Shown piece by piece: positions 1 to 12,692 of a DNA stretch of 64,000 nt (its first letter is position 1; each line of letters opens with the position of its first letter). The notes beneath the pieces are model-generated. The model had not been told where the DNA came from and did no database searches. It worked only from the letters and a program-made list of their open reading frames with translations. Source of the DNA: Podarcis pityusensis (lineage: Eukaryota); assembly GCA_964106645.2 (NCBI GenBank), contig OZ067039.1. One strand, given 5' to 3'. The translations under genes were made by a program, and so were the position numbers.

Positions 1-594
1 TCATCCGAGGATCGCAGGGCAATTTACAATATAAAAATACATAACTATAGGCTGTATTGGATACAGTGACTGATGCAAAGAACAGGACTTCTATGTATTG
101 ATAGCAATTGTGTAGAAGAGGAAATTTTGATAGCTGCACCATCTTAAATACCCTACACTTTCTATAATTAAAGGCAGATGAATCTTGCCCTCCTTCCTAT
201 CTGATCACTTTATTGTTGTAAATATCAAGAAGGCAAGAGTTAGCCACCACACAATTGCGATTGTTTTGGTTCAGTTTAATTTCCCTGTACCTCAGGGTAT
301 TATTACACTGCGGGTGTTTCCGTTTGGAAAGCTAGAGAAGGCAGGGAATACATATTTCATAGCTGTCAACTTTTCCCTTTTCTTGCGAGGAATCCTATTC
401 GGAATAAGGGAATTTCCCTTTAAAAAAGGGAAACGTTGACAGCTATGATATTTGTTTCTATTTGAACACAAAATCTATAAAACAGTAATTAATGTTCTGT
501 GATCGGTGTGGGACGAATTAACCACGGAAGTGCGGAAATATTCCTTTGTACATTTTGACATACGTATGAATGTTCTGTGTCATTTTTTAAACAG

Positions 595-1101
595 TCGCCG
601 CTTCATCCGATTCCCGCATCACCCACAAGCCCCCAGTCTGGCTTGGATGGAAGCAACTCTACCCTTTCAGGCAGTGCAAGCAGTGGCGTCTCCTCGTTAA
701 GTGAAAGTAACTTTGGGCATTCTTCCGAGCCCCCTCCTCGAACAGACACTATGGATTCTGTCCCTAGCCAGGCGTGGAATACTGATGAAGACTTAGAGAC
801 ACCCTACCTTCCCGTCAGGTATAGTCTCTCAGAGCCTGATGTCCTGGAAACACTCAAATCCCAGCCGTGCCGAAGCCACTCTGCTCCATCGGGAGTCATT
901 CCTCAGGACGCTGTGGACCCTCCAGCTCTACCCCCTAAACCATATCACTCCCGCCTTCCAAATATGGAAAACGAGGAGGGGATGATCTTGGAAGAGGATG
1001 AAAAACACCGGGCGCTACATCGCAAAATTTCCCAGCCAATTAGCGGTGTGAAAGAGGAGCAAGCCAGGGTAGCGTGGGAGCATGGCATCAGTGAGCAGTA
1101 G
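595..1101 (+). CDS. DOCK3: DOCK3 terminal coding exon (Pro/Ser-rich C-terminus)
   Basis: Acceptor ttttttaaacag|TCG at 595; SPLHPIPASPTSPQSGLDGSNSTLSGSASSGVSSLSESNFGH...PPALPPKPYH...KEEQARVAWEHGISEQ* matches the DOCK3 C-terminus; DOCK3-MANF-RBM15B-DCAF1 synteny. Confidence 0.95.
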   Translation, partial: SPLHPIPASPTSPQSGLDGSNSTLSGSASSGVSSLSESNFGHSSEPPPRTDTMDSVPSQAWNTDEDLETPYLPVRYSLSEPDVLETLKSQPCRSHSAPSGVIPQDAVDPPALPPKPYHSRLPNMENEEGMILEEDEKHRALHRKISQPISGVKEEQARVAWEHGISEQ

Positions 1102-4100
1102 GCAGAAGTGTGAGAGAAGACGGTTTGCATGATCATTCCAGGTCTGTGAAACCAGAAGACAGGTGTACACTAAGGAGGCTTCAGAGAAAAGAAAAGTGAA
1201 CTGCTTTATTCTCTGCTGCTGAGAGTTAATGACTGGAGCCAGAGATTGGGCCAGCATGTGCAGTTGCTGCTTTCCTTTTTATTTAATTTTATACTTTTAA
1301 GATTTTTAGTGTTTTGGGGTTTTGTTTATTTTTTTGCAGTGGGTGCTTCATTCCTTCTACAGTTTATCAGACAGCAGGAAGTGATATTAGCTATAGACAC
1401 TTGCAGAAACTGAAAAGCATTAGGATTTTGAGTGTGGGGGGATGTGGCATGGAATTTTTACAAGCTTTCCTTCCAGTTTTGAGATGCGCACAAGTTTTGA
1501 AGCAGTTGCACTAGGAATGTGTTTATTTGCTGTAGTAAGTGAATGCTAATTTTGAATTCAGGGATTCCGTGAAGCCAGAAGGTGCAGAGTTTTAAAGGCA
1601 CTGAAGAAACGAGATCTTCCAGGCTTGAGGCATATAAACTTATTTTGCAATGGTCTCCTTGCATTGCCTCAGGTGTGCTGAAGCAATCTAACCAGTGCTG
1701 ACTGGCTGCCATTTCTATTTTAAGGCATCATTTCACAAACTCTTCTTGGCTTGGCATAGACTTTTTGATTTCCTGCTTTTTCCATTGTTATTCATCTGTA
1801 TTTATTGATGCTACAGTATGAGGGAGACGCCTAACCATGGGACTTACCGCCCAGTCTTGGCCTCCCCGTGCCTCTGGTTTTTGGCACTAGCATTTTAATT
1901 CCAGTCCAGGAAGTAGAGGAGGAGTATCTTATGCCAGAGCAACTAAGAAACTAAGCTAGAATAAAAGGAAGGCTTGAGCACACGCCTGACAGTTGCTTTA
2001 AGGCTGACGATCTTGCATAGTCCAAACTACTATCTGTTGTTGTACCATCCTCCCCACCCCAGAAAAGAAAGCCTCTCTTTGTTGCATTGCTATTGGACAA
2101 GATCACTTCCAGTTACTTGTTCCAGTGTCATAGAAATACAGTGGTCTTCAGAAAATGTCCACTAAGTAAAAATTTTAGAAGCGGGTGGAGGGGGGGGAAA
2201 TATTTTTATCCTTTTTAATAAAAAGTTTCTGAAATGTTTACAAAGGAGACGACTAAGGGTGTGCTATGGTGTGTAAAATCATGATTGACTATTAGGGAAC
2301 CTAAGGAATGGGGTGTTGCTTATATTTATATTCAAGAACCAGTGCAGCCAATTAACATGCCATAGTTGAACATTTTAACCAAAGGAACTGTGGGACAAGC
2401 TGCCATGAACTATATGAGTTAGAAATGTAGCTAAGTTTGGGAAAGGTGCTGGGAAATATGGGATGAAAAGGAATATTAACACATATTAAGCAATATGGCA
2501 AGGATTTGCAGATTCAAATGAATAATGCAAGATAACAATACTTGAAAGTTGTTAGGGTTTTAGTCAGCATTTTTTAAATCCATGTCATCCCAACACCTTA
2601 ATAATGGCAAAGTTATATTTAATCAAGATCCAGTTTTGCTGCCCTTCCCACTGGTGGCTAAAAAAAATATGAATCTGTTTATTTTTACAATTTTTGTAGT
2701 GATACCCAGAAGCACATTATGAAATGTTTTATACTAAATGAGAAATCAGCACAGAAAATGTAAAGGATTGACTCAATTTCCAAAACAGCCAATGACAGAA
2801 ACATACAGAAGGTTAAAGTTCTGGTTTCACTCTTCAATCAGTCACTATATATATTATAAAGAAACAAACAAAAAAAATACTGTATGTACCTTGTATGACT
2901 GAAATTGCTTTTTTCTGAGGTAAGCTGCTAATGTATTTTCCCCCAAGCTCTGTCCAATGTAAACACACAGTAGTTCCATCCTTATATTTTAACGAAACAC
3001 CATGGCATTAAAAACTTGCCTACTTTTATTTTTGAGTTCGCACTAGATAGAAAATACATTTGTATTGCCTCTTTCCATTGATTCACAACCATCATTTCTC
3101 TCTCTTAAGTCAAAGTGGCTTTGCAGTGCCATCAGAAAGAAATACCGGTATCTCCTGTCAGGCACAATTTAAATGCAGGTCCTATACTTCCAGTTAAGAT
3201 TAGAATGTCAGACATAAATGTTACCCACTTAGAGCTCCAGGAAGTTTTTTTTTAAAGACATAACATCTTTTTTGGAGACTAGCAGTACAAGCCTATGGAC
3301 TTTCTCCTTATAGTAGGTTGCTTAGAGGATTGCAACCCACAGTATAGCTAGGGTGTTTGCTGTTTATACCTGAAAGCAGGTTGTTGTTGTTGTTTTTACA
3401 AGTAAGGTAATGAGGTGGCAGATGTAAGCAAATATCAGCTACTTTCATAACACTCAACCTTCAGATTCCATTGAGGGAAGCAAATTTAGATGAAGTAACT
3501 AAAGCTTTCCAATTTCTACATAATGTTTGGTGTGCTTTGGTGGCTTTCTAAAAGGAAGGTCTCTATGTGTGTACATGGATGCAATTTTAAAATGAGTTTC
3601 CACTGTATTGCAGTTGGCAAGAACTTAGCATGCGATAAATCAGGATGGATTTCTAGTTGCTGAATTGGGTATCCTATGCTGCATTACTAAAATTACTTAC
3701 TAGGTATTCAGGCCACCAGCACAAGCCCCATTGAGAGGGGGGAATATGTGCTGACATGGCTTTGAAAGCCAACCTATAAAAAAGCAACATAATAATTTAG
3801 TTGGACACAGAGAGCAAAATGGAAACATATCTTTGGACAACAAAGTAGCACATACAATCATGATACTTTGGAATAGGTATAAACTGCTCCAAAATATGGT
3901 GTTCTTGTCCTTTGCCTGAAGTAGAAGGAAGGTTTAAAGACATGGGTGATTGAAAAATAGGAAGAAGTAATTCCTGTTTGTAGTAGGAAATATAATTGGA
4001 TTTTGTTGCCATAGCAAAGGTATAGGGATTCTTTCCCTCACAAACATCCCCACACTCATTTTCCCCCTTTACGCTGTAAAAGGGGACTAAATCATATCTT

Positions 4101-4573
4101 TCCTAAGGAAGAACAAGTGAGCAGGAAATTTAGGGAGGTGATATCATGTTGCTTAATTTGTTTCCCCATCATGTTTCATGTAAATATCCCACGAATGCTG
4201 TGTATTTGTACAGGAAATTGAGCAAAAAATGTATAGATTGTGATGTCTGACTGGTACTCTGCCCTGTAAATGTATTTTTAACCTATGGCAATCTGTTGTT
4301 GTTTAAAACAACGGCAACCACAACCCCCACAACCAGTTCTCTTTTTGTGTATTCATGTTCGGAAAACCTATCATAACTGTAAGGAAAAGCAAACCTTAAA
4401 AGGAAACAAAATATTTGTACCAGAGTCCTAAAGATATTTCATTGTATATATTGTGATAGCATGTTTATGGAACCAACAAATAAGTGATGTGAATTTTAGG
4501 TGTAAATATCTGCTGTTTTGTTTTGGATTTTCCTCCCTTCCCTTCCCCATTCACTCAACTGCTGTGATGTTGA

Positions 4574-4599
4574 ATTAAAAATTAATACTTGATATTAAA
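4574..4599 (+). terminator. Candidate DOCK3 poly(A) signals (two ATTAAA)
   Basis: ATTAAA at 4574 and 4594 at the end of an AT-rich 3'UTR-like tract; repeats become frequent further downstream. Confidence 0.4.
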
Positions 4600-5659
4600 A
4601 AGCATTGAGCAGATGCTCCAAGGTACCCATGAGATATTTATTCAGATGCCACAATGTATCTTACATATAAAAGCTGGTGCTCAGTAAACTCTCATGATGT
4701 TGATCTCCTACAGATTTCCTGTTCAGGTGCTGTCAATTGAAATTGCACACCAATAAGTTTAGGGGTGGGAAACTATTGAAAAATCAGGAAAATGGGAAGA
4801 ATGCTGCAATCTACTTCATAGGGAAATTGATAAGATTGTCTGTATTTAACTAACCGTGTTTTACCCAGCAGTATTATCCCTAACTAAAAATACTTTCCCC
4901 AAGATTTGTGGGTACCATTTTCACTTTTTTTTAAAAAAAGCATTGTAACCAGTAAATCCCTAGATGATGAAACCTTGTTGCTAGAAGAAAAGGGGATACT
5001 TGCTTCTCGCTAGAAAAGGTTTTCATCTTGCTTTATGGGACCCAAAGAGGTAGAATAATCCCACACCTAGTGAACTACCCTGCAGAATACTCAATGGATT
5101 CTCTGACTGGCTTTCTCTAATGTTTAGCACTCTGTGACAGCCAATTACCACCGTGTGTCCAAGTTCATTGAAATAGCTTGGCCTTTGTTGCCAATCACAA
5201 GCTGCATTGGTTTTGCCTTTAGACTCCTATCAAAACAGAAACATGCCCTGCATCTGAGCAGTAACCACACCAAGAAGCAGCTTCTGGAGCTGGATTTAGA
5301 GCGTTGGCAGCAATTTTCCTACTCACGGAAAAACAGTGTAAGGACCAGAATAGGGAATGCCCAATCACACTCACGGCTAATTATTAAATACATAACGAGA
5401 ATTATTGCAGATAAATTCAGAAGCAGAAAACCATGTGCAACACATGGAAAACAGGCATGCCTAATACCTTTTGAGTCAGACTGAATGGATGAAAGATAGG
5501 AATGGAACAAAAACAGCAGCTCAACCCATCACTTAGCAAATATGATGGCATAATATGGGGGCAACTTTGGATTTCTTCCTGGGCTCAGGTCTTTTGTTAA
5601 GCTTTAGCCAGCTGATGAGTATAGTGAGGGTGGTCTTAGGGAAGTTGAACACTACCTAC

Positions 5660-5830
5660 GAACCTAAGACCCTGCTGGGTCAGGGCAAAGACCCATCTAG
5701 TCCAGCATCCTGTCCCCACAGTGGCCAACCACATGCCCATAGGAAGCCCACAAGTTGGACCTGAGTGCAGCAGCGCTCTCTCCACTTGTAATTCCCAGCG
5801 ACTGGTATTCAGAAGCAGACCATCTCCACC
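5660..5830 (-). mobile_element. CR1-type LINE 3' fragment
   Basis: gaacctaagaccctgctgggtcagggcaaagacccatctagtccagcatcctg...; related copies at ~49900-50240 (+) and ~53308-53505 (-). Confidence 0.6.
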
Positions 5831-6204
5831 AAAACCTATTCAGGGGGGTTGTGAGGTCCTTTCCAGATACAGATAGATGCGCACACCATCAAACATCTTT
5901 CCTCTACTCAGCACATTTCCCAGCACTCAAAACAATGATTATTTTGTTGCTGAGATGATATTGTCTCTTCCCCCTACCTCCACCTGATATAATAGTGAGT
6001 GCTATGTAGAATGTGGTTATGCAAGTATAAGTACCTATTGCAGTGTCTGTGACATCACTGGCAACAAGCAGCACAGCTCCTTTGTACGCCATTTTGTAAC
6101 CTTTAATTTTGTCCCCCAATCTTGTCTTGAGGCTGAGCACTCTCCCATTCAAACATGTATGGACTCTTTAAGCCCTTTAACAGCAACTTAAAATACTTGC
6201 TTAA

Positions 6205-6670
6205 TTTTTTTTCTTGTTTTTTTTTATGTCAACATACTGATTCTGAGTATACTGTTGTATTAATATATTACTACTGATGTGAATATTGTCTATTTTAATG
6301 CTGTTGAATGTATAGTTTATTTGATCATATATAATTGTAATTCTGTTAAAATATGAACAATTAATAAAAAGATAAAATATAATGAAAGGGCCAAACATGA
6401 GCAGGGATCCACCTCCCATCATCTCCCCACCACACACAGTATTGCCATGTCATTTCACAACCATTTTTCATTCTGTTCAATTGCTCTTCTTCCCAAGGAG
6501 TTCTTGGAGGCTGTGTGCTCTTCCACTCCAGTGCAGGACGCACTTTTCCCATTAAAGAAATAGTACTTTGGCCACCCCATATATGTGTTTCTTTCATAAC
6601 GAAATCTGGGGTGAGGGTTGTTTTCTAACAAGGCCCAAATACTATTTATAATACTTACCATAAAGATAAC
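6205..6670 (-). mobile_element. L1/Tx1-type LINE 3' fragment
   Basis: Degraded minus-strand peptides WALLENNP / ALEWKSTQPP..W / EMTWQY resemble an L1 ORF2 C-terminus; T-run (poly(A) tail) at ~6205-6225. Confidence 0.5.
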
Positions 6671-7313
6671 TTATTACAGTTAACAGAAATAATTGATCCA
6701 TCAGTCAGTTTCTCTATGTAGAGGGGGTAGCAGGGAGAGAGGGTTACATGCACAGATCAGACGCAGTATAGACCTTTGATTGCTTCTTGTGTGCAAAAAG
6801 GATAAATCTAAATATCTACCATCTGTGCATATAGGCACCCAGACCAACTAAGACAGGATGTGCACCATTAAGTGCATTTCCCATTAACCTGCACTGTATG
6901 AAGATGCATTTTCTCTGGGCTTTACAAGTTATACACACCTTGTTTGCCTGACTACATCTTCAAAGCGATAGAGTTTGAACCATGTAAACACAAGCTCTAT
7001 AGTATCTACCTTGATCTATGTGATATTTCAACCTGAGTTCACTGACGGGTGATTAGACTTGGAGGCAAGCCTCAAGTTTCAAAGTTACTATTCTAGTCTG
7101 TCAGAGCAGCGTCCCACAGAATGAAGGTAAGCTTTTTATCCACTAGACAAACTACTGGCCATCCAGATATCATTGGACTATAACTCATATCAGTCCTTAG
7201 CCTTGACTTTTTCTTTTTGTGCTTGTGTGGGAGTTGGGAGTCCCAGCAACTTCTGGAGCACCACAGGTTAGCCTTAAAGGCAGGTGAAGTAAGCTGAAAA
7301 TATGTCCTTTAGC

Positions 7314-7390
7314 TTATGCTTTTTATTTTGTAGTGTTGTGTTTAAATTGTTGGAAAATTAATAAATATTATACAAAAAAAAAGAAAAAGG
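7314..7390 (+). mobile_element. 5'-truncated retroposon tail with 16-bp TSD
   Basis: AATAAA plus A-rich tail flanked by direct repeat AAATATGTCCTTTAGC (7298-7313, 7391-7406). Confidence 0.7.
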
Positions 7391-8585
7391 AAATATGTCC
7401 TTTAGCAAAAATAAAGCGAGGCAGTGCTTAGCTAAGTTAAGAAAAGGAATTGCAAGGTAAGTGGTCCATTCTTAACATAAAAAGGATTTGCCTGAGATAT
7501 TTAGGTTATAACTGCAGTCTTGGGAGCCAACTCATTTAGCAACAAGGAAGTGAGACAATTGCCTGCTATTGAATTGCCCATATAAATAGTACAAATTGTT
7601 AAGATTCAGTGGAATTGTGCTCCTTTTGTCTTTCAAAGGTGTAGGAACCTTCAGTCACTCAATTTCTATCTAGTACCTTGCAACATCTCCAGGTTCTCCA
7701 GGATCTCATCCTAACTTCAGCATTTCTATAGGCCATATCAAGCAGAAATCTATTGGGCATAAGAATGGGTTGAAATAAAAGGGTGAGGTAGGCTTGGTTA
7801 AAGACGTAGAAGAACCAGAAGCTGCCTCCGAAGCCAAGTACTGTTTTTGGTGGATGCTGTCCGAAGCAACTCTTGGCTATGGGGGAAACATGCAGTGAGT
7901 GATAAAGGAGGGTGTCTCCCCCCACTTCTCATTCCACTTTTCCTTCTTTGTGGGGAAAGAGAGAGGCACGTCTACATTTTCATTCTGTTGCATAGAGAAG
8001 AGACTTTCGTCAGCACATGTGAATGACTTGAGTGTGTCTATATACATATGGATATATATTTTTTTCCAAAATGTATCTAGTAAAATAATGTTTAAATATG
8101 GGTTGCAGAAATTAGATACTCTGTAATTAAGATGTAATGGATTTTACAGTTTAAGGAACCAATTGTTGGTTTTAAATAAGTTCTGTGCTAAAAATAAATA
8201 AATACTCTGATTATGGTTGGCGTGCATTTTCATCACTCTTAACAAAGATATGGCTATAGATGATCAGCTGATAGGCTGTTTAATATTCAGCATCTTCATC
8301 ACATACCAGAACTCTGTGCCGGGAGAGGCTTAACTCTCATGCCATGACCCAACTCAGCAATAACCACTCCAGGCAAGCAAAAAACAAGGCAATTCTTCCC
8401 AAGTACACAAGACGGAGCTGCATTCTATTCCTATTTTTGCTTCAACTTCTACATTAAAGTTGGGCTGTGCCAGTTCCTCCAGGGTGAGCAAAAAGTTGGT
8501 TTCAACAGCTGGTGAGAAAAAAAGGAAACCTACACATAGCAAATATGGGAAATAGTGCTAATTATTCATGTGTATACATACCAAT

Positions 8586-8942
8586 AGGGACGTGGGTGGC
8601 GCTGTGGGTAAAACCTCAGCGCCTAGGACTTGCCGATCGCATGGTCGGCAGTTCGAATCCCCGCGGCGGGGTGCGCTCCCGTCGTTCGGTCCCAGCGCCT
8701 GCCAACCTAGCAGTTCGAAAGCACCCCTGGGTGCAAGTAGATAAATAGGGACCGCTTACCAGCGGGAAGGTAAACGGCGTTCCGTGTGCTGCGCTGGCTC
8801 GCCAGATGCAGCTTGTCACGCTGGCCACGTGACCCGGAAGTGTCTGCGGACAGCGCTGGCTCCCGGCCTATAGAGTGAGTTGAGCGCACAACCCTAGAGT
8901 CTCAAGACTGGCCCGTACGGACAGGGGTACCTTTACCTTTAC
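8586..8942 (+). mobile_element. Sauria SINE, full length
   Basis: tRNA-like head (GGTGGCGCTGTGG...GTTCGAATCC), (ACCTTT)n tail, 13-bp TSD TATACATACCAAT (8573-8585, 8943-8955). Confidence 0.92.
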
Positions 8943-9057
8943 TATACATACCAATGCAAAAGCAAACTTTGTTTATTCTATAATCTCATTTTGCTGCAAT
9001 TACCTGTCAGCGTAGTGATGCATTCTACTTTCATGGGCATTATGTGTAGCACAAATA

Positions 9058-9395
9058 CAGTGGTGCCTCGCAAGACGAAAAGAATCCGTTCTGGGAGTCT
9101 CTTCGTCTAGCGGTTTTTTCGTCTTGCGAAGCAAGCCCATTGACGGATTAGCGGATTAGCGGCTTTTAGCGGCTTTTAGCAGCTTATCAGCTTATCGGAT
9201 AAGCAGATAAGCGGCTTAGCGACTTAGAAAAAGAGGGGGAAAAGGAAAAAAAAAACCCAGGAACTCGCAAGACATTTTTGTCTTGCGAAGCAAGCCCATA
9301 GCAGATTCGTTTTGCGAGGCACCTCCAAAACGGAAAACTCTTTCGTCTAGCGAGTTTTCCGTCTTGCGAGGCATTCGTCTTGTGGGGCACCACTG
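9058..9395. mobile_element. Tc1/mariner (Tigger-like) MITE
   Basis: TIR CAGTGGTGCCTCGCAAGACG...CGTCTTGTGGGGCACCACTG, TA TSD, internal TTAGCGG-type tandem repeats; sister copy 44032-44378. Confidence 0.88.
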
Positions 9396-10366
9396 TAAAT
9401 ACTGTGGGGAGAGGATAGAGCTGGTGACTTTCCTTTTATAATTCTGAATCGTAATCCAGCTAAAAGGAGTGCAGGTATGTTGCAAAGAAATACCTATGTA
9501 ATGTAAAATGTGTGTTGCACACTTTACTTAAAAGGTCCCACACTGCACTAAGGATTTTTATGTCTCCACCATGTGAGGCTTATACAGTAATTTGTATATT
9601 AAAACATTTCCCTTTCTAGCGTTTGGCTCCAATCTCCCGCTCCAAATGAGTGTCTCTCAAATTCGCTTGTAAATGCCTTTGGCAAGAAAATATGCATTCC
9701 TAGGTGCCCCTCAAAATGGCTGGTCTGCAGGCCTTGCATATTCCAGATTAGTGGGAGTGCCCTCTTGCCCAACACACACATATTCTAGACGTGGCACAGC
9801 TGCCACGCACGTGGGGCATCTCCCGTTTCAGACCAATGTTTATTGCTGCTGTTGCTACAGCCGCTACTCCCAAGTTCTTCTCATTGCTATGGCAGACTGA
9901 TTTTGAAACCCTGAGCTCACGGTTTGTAGGACCCTTGTGCATCCTTTGGATTAATGGCAGCCCACTTAAAGCGGGCCTTATCCTTTACCCGCGAGGCCCG
10001 GAGGTGCCACTGGTCTCCCGCAGATGGGCTCCGGTCCCACTTGCGCCCCTATTGCTGCAATGCCACCTTCTCCTAACCAAAAAGCTGCTCGTTCGCAAAG
10101 AAGAACTGGCTCCTAACAAACGCCAGCTTCCGGCTCGGGGATGGGCCCTTTCTTCCACACGTGCACTTGCCCCTCTGTGCTTCAAGGGCCGTGGGAAGCA
10201 CAGCCCGAGGCGGGCCGGCAGTGGTGACGGCGCGAAATCGTGCCCGAAACAAATATGGCGATCTCCGCCTCTTTACACCTTTGCCGTAAACTGCTAGGAC
10301 TCCGCCGCTGGGCACGCTTCGCGCTCAAAGTGCGCGACTCCCTCGTTTCATTCGGAGGCGGCTTGT

Positions 10367-10385
10367 CCAATCGGCGGCCGCCAAC
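10367..10385 (+). promoter_or_regulatory. ERSE-type ER stress element (CCAAT-N9-CCAAC)
   Basis: CCAAT CGGCGGCCG CCAAC versus consensus CCAAT-N9-CCACG with GC-rich spacer; MANF is a known UPR target. Confidence 0.65.
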
Positions 10386-10603
10386 TCTACTGTCCCGAAA
10401 GCCCGCCTGGCCAACCGGCAAAGGGAGCGTGGAGACTTGCAACGGAGTGCTCCAATGGCAGCCTCGTACGTAGCAGGAAGAGGGGCAGGGCAGCCAATCG
10501 GGTTGCGGGTGGGCGGCGAGCGTGTCGTCAAGGTGCCGGCTGTGGAGGGGCTTTTCTTCAGTACGAGCCGAGCGAGCGGCCGAGGCGGGCGGTGAGAGGG
10601 AGG

Positions 10604-10691
10604 ATGCGGGCAGCCAACGGGCTCTGGGCGGCGCTGGCCTTGATCCTGCTCCCTGGGGAGAGCCACGCTCTGCGGGACGGAGACTGCGAAG
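10604..10691 (+). CDS. MANF: MANF exon 1 (signal peptide, LRDGDCE)
   Basis: MRAANGLWAALALILLPGESHALRDGDCE; donor G|gtgagt. Confidence 0.93.
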
Positions 10692-12564
10692 GTGAGTCGC
10701 CGGCCCCGCGTGAATGGTCTGAGCAGCGACGGGCGCAGAGGGCGGAAGGGGCCCCCGGGACTTCGCGGAGGGAGGGGAGCGCGTTGCTGGGGTGGCCAGG
10801 TGGCAACGGCGCCTCCCCTTCACGACCACGGCCTCCCCTTGGCTTGGAAACCGGAGGCGAGTCTTGCCTCAGCCGCTGCTTCCACGCTGCTTTCCCCGGC
10901 CCGGTGCCGCTTTCCTCTCAATGGGAGGGACGCTGGACCCCCACATCGCAAGGCTGCCATGGGGAAGGAGATGCTCTTGTAGTTGCCAGCCAGCGAGTCG
11001 GTTTGAACCAAGAAGGCGAGCATCAGTGCGGGTGGCTGCGGGGGCTTTGGAGAAGAAGGGGAGAGGGGGTTCAAGTGTCCTGCTTGCTCTGTCGCTATGA
11101 AGCCCATTGAGAAGATGCAGCTTCCAAAGGGGTTTCCCCAGAAGCTGCTTATATAAGGAGTAGGGATAGACCTACATGTCTTGGTGTAGCTTTGAGGTCA
11201 CCATTACTGCAGTGGTGCTGCTGGGAACTGTACATTTGACACTGGTGTGTGGGTGGGGGCCTTTTCTGCTGTGGCACCCTAGCTCAGGAATGTCTTTCCT
11301 TCTGAAATTCCTTTGCTCCCACAGACTACTGGCACGCAGGCACTAGGTGGAAATCAGACTGGCTTTTCAGACTCTGGGGCATTAGTGCTTTTTATGTTTG
11401 ATATTAATGTATTCCCTTTTTCCCCTTTGCATATATATTTTAAACAGGCTCTGCTTTATTGTGACCTGCCCAGAACTCCTAGGATGTGGGTTATAAGTTG
11501 CCTAAACAAACTCTTACCTCATTCATTTCTGTAATCGTGACCTTCAGATTGATACTAAATAGGATATGCTGTGAATTATATCTACAGTGTGATATAGTCT
11601 CTATAATTGTAATGACATGTATGGGTCCTCCCTTGTATGACTTAGTAAATGGTTACACCCACAGGCTGAAGGTCTCCTCTACGGTGCTTATGTTCCTGGT
11701 TACACACTAATGCAGAAGACTCTGTTCCAGGATTTCTAATTGTTCAACCCTTAACTGAATGAGCAGCAGCTTGAGGAGCTGCTTTTATTTATGTATATTT
11801 TTCATGACTTGACTGAAGCCAGAGTTTGTTTCTGGAACGAACCAGTTTTCAATACAAAGTTTCATCCTTGGAACACAAGGAATAATAGTGTTTTTAATCA
11901 TGTGCAGAGTGCTGCTAATTCATGGTTGATAACACACAGCCATTCTGGGTTGTATTATTTTCCCTAGCACATCTCAGCTATAGTCTTTTGATCTTAACAG
12001 AGAGAATATGGCTCAGCGAAGGCACAAACATCTTATAAGACAGAGGTGATGCCCCAGTCCAGGTGCCTGACACCGTCCGCCTCCCCGTCCCTCAAATTCT
12101 CCATTAATTTTGGCAGTGGCAGCAAAAAAAGGTATCACATTGGGGTGGCTAGATCTAGCATCCCACTGAGAATGCAAATTGCTCCTACCCCAGTCATTGG
12201 ATTAAATATTTGATAAGCAGAGAAGAAGTGATGACACTCCCCCCATAGCTGGTCTTCATGAATCAGCTGGGGAGACAGGCTGTGTGCAAAACTGTGGCCA
12301 CATCCAACCCTGCCCAAAGATTAATGTGAGAAAGGGTAGCTACCCCTGTTGTAGCTAAGAACGGATTTGGACTGCCATGTTGTATGAAACATGCCCCTTG
12401 ACAAGGTAGTCTGCTGTCATAAATATGCCCAGTAGTTCATCTTCTACACTAGTGTGTTGGCTTTCGATCTGCTATGCTTCATTCATTTTGTGTAAGTTAA
12501 AAAGAAGAGAGGAGAATTTCGGGGAAGAAGTTCATTTCAGCATTATATCTCCTTCGCTTTACAG

Positions 12565-12692
12565 TGTGTGTTTCATTCTTGGGAAGATTCTACCAGAGCA
12601 TAAAGGAGAAGAATGTTGAGTTCACACCAAACAGTATTGAAAAAGAACTTTTAAAATCCTGTAAAGAAGCAAAAGGCAAAGAGAACCGTCTG
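12565..12692 (+). CDS. MANF: MANF exon 2 (saposin-like domain)
   Basis: tttacag| [42 protein letters not shown] |gtaagt. Confidence 0.96.

Larger units (their letters stand above)
9980..11050. promoter_or_regulatory. CpG island / MANF promoter and exon 1
   Basis: GC- and CpG-rich tract with three CCAAT boxes (10367, 10452, 10494). Confidence 0.85.

Noticed and set aside
5134-5484. 116-aa intergenic ORF
   Set aside because: GTG start, no homology recognised, no splice context.
9140-9225. Short tandem TTAGCGG units suggesting a telomere-like or CRISPR-like array
   Set aside because: Internal to a TA-flanked MITE; no repeat-spacer structure, eukaryotic locus.
10592-10603. In-frame GTG upstream of the MANF ATG
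   Set aside because: The ATG at 10604 has good context and starts a complete signal peptide; no evidence for GTG use.
9791-11110. Overlapping 80-215 aa ORFs in the MANF CpG island
   Set aside because: Stop-poor GC-rich DNA; only 10604-10691 is coding.
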